Source: Oscillospiraceae bacterium (lineage in GTDB: Bacteria > Bacillota > Clostridia > Oscillospirales > Ruminococcaceae). Taken from it: 60,507 bases of DNA. Position numbers and translations under genes: made by a program. The stretch covers positions 1 through 60,507 of the forward strand of contig CADAPX010000001.1 in NCBI GenBank assembly GCA_902789925.1, read 5' to 3'. Below, piece after piece: positions 56,992 through 60,507 of this stretch. Every line of letters begins with the position of its first letter. The stretch's first letter is position 1. Under the pieces are notes generated by a model. It made no database searches and was not told the origin of the DNA. It worked only from the letters and a program-made list of their open reading frames with translations.

Positions 56992-58206
56992 ATGAATTAT
57001 TTAGAATTTGGTGGACAATATGTTCCACAACAACTCAAAATAAAGCTTAATAAATTAAAAGAAGAATTTGACCGATTGGTTGGAAGCGAAGAATTTTCCG
57101 GAGAATATAGACGCTGTTTGAAACAATTTGTTGGCAGGCCATCGCCGCTGTTTTTTGCGAGCAATTTAACCAAATATGCGGGTGGGGCCAAAATATATTT
57201 GAAGAGGGAGGATCTGAACCACACCGGCGCGCATAAGATAAATAACGCAATCGGCCAAGCTTTGCTCGCGAGAAAAATGAACAAAACGCACATTATTGCT
57301 GAAACAGGGGCGGGACAGCATGGAGTCGCAACAGCAACCGCAGCAGCGCTTTTTGGCCTAAAATGCAAGATATTTATGGGCAAAGAGGACGTCAAAAGGC
57401 AAAAAATCAATGTTAATAAAATGAAACTTTTGGGAGCTGATGTTTTCGAAGTCACAACTGGCAATCAAACTTTGAAGGAAGCTGTTGATGTTGCGTTTGA
57501 TTATTTTCTTAATCATCAAGATGTTTTTTATTTAATTGGCTCTGCGGTTGGCCCGAGTCCATATCCCGAGATGGTTAAATATTTTCAAAAAGTTATCGGC
57601 GAGGAAGCAAAGCGACAGATAGTTGAGCAGGAAGGAAAGTTGCCAAAAGCGATTGTCGCGTGCGTTGGGGGCGGAAGCAACAGCATAGGGCTGTTTGCAG
57701 ATTTTATCGATGAAAAGCAAGTTGATATATATGGGGTTGAGGGCGCAGGCAAGGGCTTGGAGTCTGGAAAGCATGCGTGCGCAATATATCAAAACAAAAT
57801 AGGCGTTATACACGGAATGAAGACATATGTTATGCAGGATGAAAATGGGAAAATCAAAGACGCATATTCCATTTCAGCCGGGCTAGACTATCCCGGAATC
57901 GGCCCAGAACACGCATATCTATATAAAACAGGCAGGGTTAAATATGACAGTATCACGGATAGCGAAGCCACTGGTGCATTCACCTTGCTTTGCCGTTTGG
58001 AGGGGATTGTTCCTGCGCTGGAGAGCAGTCACGCAGTGGCATATGCGCTAAAAATTGCTAAGCAGTATGATAAAAATGACGCTATAGTTGTTAATTTGTC
58101 GGGCAGGGGAGATAAAGATTTAAACACGATGATTAAAATAATGGAGCAAAAAAGGGAGAAAAATTTAGTTAAAACTGACAAAAACACGGACATTAGATCA
58201 ATGTGA
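56992..58206 (+). CDS. trpB: tryptophan synthase beta chain (stand-alone)
   Basis: FGGQYVPQ, the PLP-lysine motif [19 protein letters not shown], and GGGSNSIG. No trpA or other trp genes in the window. Confidence 0.95.
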   Translation: MNYLEFGGQYVPQQLKIKLNKLKEEFDRLVGSEEFSGEYRRCLKQFVGRPSPLFFASNLTKYAGGAKIYLKREDLNHTGAHKINNAIGQALLARKMNKTHIIAETGAGQHGVATATAAALFGLKCKIFMGKEDVKRQKINVNKMKLLGADVFEVTTGNQTLKEAVDVAFDYFLNHQDVFYLIGSAVGPSPYPEMVKYFQKVIGEEAKRQIVEQEGKLPKAIVACVGGGSNSIGLFADFIDEKQVDIYGVEGAGKGLESGKHACAIYQNKIGVIHGMKTYVMQDENGKIKDAYSISAGLDYPGIGPEHAYLYKTGRVKYDSITDSEATGAFTLLCRLEGIVPALESSHAVAYALKIAKQYDKNDAIVVNLSGRGDKDLNTMIKIMEQKREKNLVKTDKNTDIRSM

Positions 58207-58238
58207 ATTGTTGAAAAAGTAGATTATATAAAAAATGC

Positions 58239-58294
58239 TTGACAAAAGCTGACTACAGATGTAAACTATATACACGCAGATTACATTTGTAGTC
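58239..58294 (+). promoter_or_regulatory. promoter with two BlaI/MecI-type TACAnnTGTA operators
   Basis: ttgaca (58239-58244), 17-nt spacer, taaact. gacTACAgaTGTAa (58251-58264) and tTACAttTGTAgtc (58281-58294) are near-perfect inverted copies of each other. Confidence 0.65.
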
Positions 58295-58325
58295 AATATA
58301 TTTTTTAAGAGGGTTTTTCAAAGTG

Positions 58326-58646
58326 ATGAATAAAGTAACAGATGCTGAGTATGAGGTTATGAAAGCGGTTTGAAAAAAGCCGTGGAGCAAAACGACCGTT
58401 AAAACTTTGATTTCGCGGCTTGCTTCCAAAGGGGCCTTAAAGATCGATAAAGCCGCGAGCAGTGTATATAAATATAAAGCCAACATTTCAGAGGACGAAT
58501 ATAAAAATCAAGAGAGCGAAAATTTAATTGGAAAATTGTTTAACGGCTCAATAAATGAAATGCTGTTAAATTTCACAAAATCCAAGAAACTTTCAAAGCA
58601 AGAATTGGAAGAATTGATAAAATTAGTGGGTGAAGAGGAAAAATGA
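58326..58646 (+). pseudogene. blaI: BlaI/MecI/CopY-family repressor, disrupted (in-frame TGA plus wHTH deletion)
   Basis: It reads MNKVTDAEYEVMKAV-TGA-KKPWSKTTVKTLISRLASKGALK...LLNFTKSKKLSKQELEELIKL. The TGA at 58371-58373 sits where the family has its conserved Trp (EVMxxxW). About 17 residues between that Trp and the W-S-x-K-T-V-K-T-L helix are missing. Confidence 0.65.
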
Positions 58647-59767
58647 TGGGGTGTTTTGTTGTAAAAATTGCTTGGATGTCCTTGGTTTCGTCCATGTTGG
58701 GCTTGATGATTTTGGGGATAAGAAAGATTAATAAAAAAATGCCTATACAATTAATTTCAATGTTTTGGCTAATATTTTTAGCATTTTTGATAATACCGTT
58801 TCAATTTGAAAATATTCATAATAATCTGAAAATAACTCAACCAATTGGCAAAATCAGAGAAAACGTTTTGACAAGAATTGAGATTCAAAGCCAAAGCCCG
58901 GAGTCAATAAACCTTTGGAATATAGCGTTTTTTGCTCATTTGATTGTTTTTTCAATCCTGTGTTTAAAAGATAGCTGCGCCTATATCATTCTAAAATATA
59001 AGATTAAAAATAAAAAAATTGAGCTGGGCCCAGAAAATTTGAAATTATTCGACATAGCAAAAGAAAAATTAAATTTTAAAAGAAAAGTCGACCTAATATG
59101 TCAAGACAGCATTCTAACGCCGTCAACTGTTGGGATATTCAGGCCCAAGATTTTGATTTCTAAAAAATTTTTGGCCCTGTCTGAAAAAGAGCAGGAATTC
59201 ATCTTCCTCCACGAGCTCATGCATATAAAAAAATCTGACAATATTAAATATTTTTTGATAAATATACTAAAAAATTTTTACTGGTTTAACCCGATGATAA
59301 ATTTTTTGACAAGGAGGCTTAAAGAAGACATTGAAATATTAACGGATAAATTGGTAATAAAATATGTTGAAATTAAAAAATATTTGATATTAATATTAAA
59401 AATTTCACAGTTCGAAGCGTCAAATGGCGGGGCATTTCCATCGTTTGCCGCTGACAAAAAAATTTTAGAAAGAAGGATTAAAATCGTGAAAAAAGAAAGA
59501 AAATTAAGCCTAAAAGTTATATCTTTATTTGCAGCATCTATATGTACAACTTTATTAAGTGTTAAATTAAAAGGTAAATCTTTCGATTCCAATAATTTTT
59601 TTGTTTCTTCAGAAATATTAATTCTTCCTGGACTTCCAGAACTTTCCATTTTATTAGCAATTAGAACGTCACTCCCAAAAATATCATATCTAACAACAGA
59701 ACTTCCGATAATTCCCGCAATAACAGTACCTGTATGGATTCCAATTCTCATATCTAATAATTCATAA
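58643..59767 (+). pseudogene. blaR1: BlaR1/MecR1-like M56 peptidase-domain membrane protein, probably truncated near 59.5 kb
   Basis: TM segments, then the HExxH motif in FIFLHELMHIKKSDN. ATGA overlap with blaI. Recognisable family sequence ends about ...ILERRIKIVKKE. The remaining open frame is antisense to the cyclase gene. Confidence 0.6.
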
Positions 59768-60507
59768 TTAACTCTTTTTCTTACATCTCTAATTATATTT
59801 ATCATTTCTTCTCCCATTTTACATACATTTTTAGCTTCTTCATAATAATTTCTTTCATTCATTGAAACTTTTCCATTAAATCCCATAACAACATAACAAT
59901 CTCCTATAGTATGAACTTTATAAACATGACATGCCTTTGTTGCATGATCAAAATTTTTAAATAGTTCCATAAGCATTTTTACGACTTCTACTGGTTCATG
60001 ACAATTACCAAAATCGGTATATCTAACTATATCTGCGAATAACATTGTAACACTTTCTAGAACATCTGCAACTGGGATATCATCTTTCATATTTTGTACG
60101 ACATGTAATGGCATTAAATTAAATAGCATTTTTTCTGTGTCAACTAATGTTTTACTCTCTTTTTGATTTGCCAGAAAAATTGTTGTCATATCAAAATATA
60201 GTATTAAAATATATATTAGTTTAATGACTGATATTGTTATTAAAAATATATTATATTTTTTAATCAACCATTCATCCCTGTTTGTAACTATATCAACTAT
60301 ATATACAACAATATGTAAAGCAATATTTATTGTGATTTGAAGATAATTTAATATACCACAGGCTTCAATTCCTGTCAAAATAACTATTTCTTCCACTGCC
60401 ATATTTAATAAATTATATTCATCTATATGACTATTAAAAATAACATTATTTATTGTTATACCTAAATATAAAATTGTAAAATAAATAAACATAAATAATG
60501 GATAATA
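59278..60507 (-). CDS. membrane-anchored class III adenylate/guanylate cyclase, 5' partial (open to the window edge); true 3' end uncertain (about 59.5-59.6 kb)
   Basis: Catalytic-core motifs VTMLFADIVRYTDF, VHTIGDCYVVMG, MRIGIHTGTVIAGIIG and YDIFGSDVLIANKMESSG are preceded by hydrophobic segments. The last about 77 codons of the ORF (59278-59511) are antisense to blaR1 and probably not genuine. Confidence 0.7.
   Translation of the reverse strand, partial: YYPLFMFIYFTILYLGITINNVIFNSHIDEYNLLNMAVEEIVILTGIEACGILNYLQITINIALHIVVYIVDIVTNRDEWLIKKYNIFLITISVIKLIYILILYFDMTTIFLANQKESKTLVDTEKMLFNLMPLHVVQNMKDDIPVADVLESVTMLFADIVRYTDFGNCHEPVEVVKMLMELFKNFDHATKACHVYKVHTIGDCYVVMGFNGKVSMNERNYYEEAKNVCKMGEEMINIIRDVRKRVNYELLDMRIGIHTGTVIAGIIGSSVVRYDIFGSDVLIANKMESSGSPGRINISEETKKLLESKDLPFNLTLNKVVHIDAANKDITFRLNFLSFFTILILLSKIFLSAANDGNAPPFDASNCEIFNINIKYFLISTYFITNLSVNISMSSLSLLVKKFIIGLNQ

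Noticed and set aside
58371-58373. TGA at the conserved Trp position of the blaI-like gene as evidence for genetic code 4 (TGA=Trp).
   Set aside because: glmS terminates at a TGA right after its canonical C-terminus (...KSVTVE). All housekeeping genes are intact and full length under code 11. A single TGG-to-TGA mutation in a gene that also carries a deletion is the simpler explanation.

Overview
This is about 60.5 kb of a low-GC, Firmicute (Clostridia-like) chromosome read in the standard bacterial code; TGA is used as a stop, for example in glmS. Most of it is housekeeping on the + strand. The main blocks are ispF (5' partial), a DUF3343/class-V aminotransferase pair, an orphan peptide-binding lipoprotein, and glmS with its ribozyme leader. 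They are followed by a long dcw cell-wall/division cluster (mraZ-rsmH-ftsL-PBP-murE-murF-mraY-ftsW-murG-murA-ftsQ-ftsZ, with no murD or ftsA). Downstream come cmk-plsC-ispH::rpsA, a Ca-type P-ATPase, secA, nifS-nifU-trmL, mnmA and a lone trpB. Accessory or unusual material sits between these blocks. (1) An AT-rich single gene between secA and corC carries a C-terminal HEPN RNxxxH motif (ApeA-like defence candidate). (2) There are three paralogous secreted transglutaminase-like/LRR proteins; one has a Nif11-type double-glycine leader instead of a signal peptide, and one ends in Asn/Tyr-rich and Cys/Lys-rich tandem repeats. (3) An E. coli-style leader-peptide attenuator with two Trp codons precedes the orphan trpB. 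(4) A decayed blaI/blaR1-like pair has intact operators. (5) The blaR1-like gene runs into a very AT-rich terminal segment that encodes a membrane class III nucleotidyl cyclase on the opposite strand, which points to a breakpoint, insertion or assembly chimera. (6) A mosaic intergenic repeat or possible structured RNA occurs at two loci 36 kb apart. I found no rRNA, tRNA, CRISPR array, transposase or integrase. All function calls come from motif recognition by eye, not from searches.
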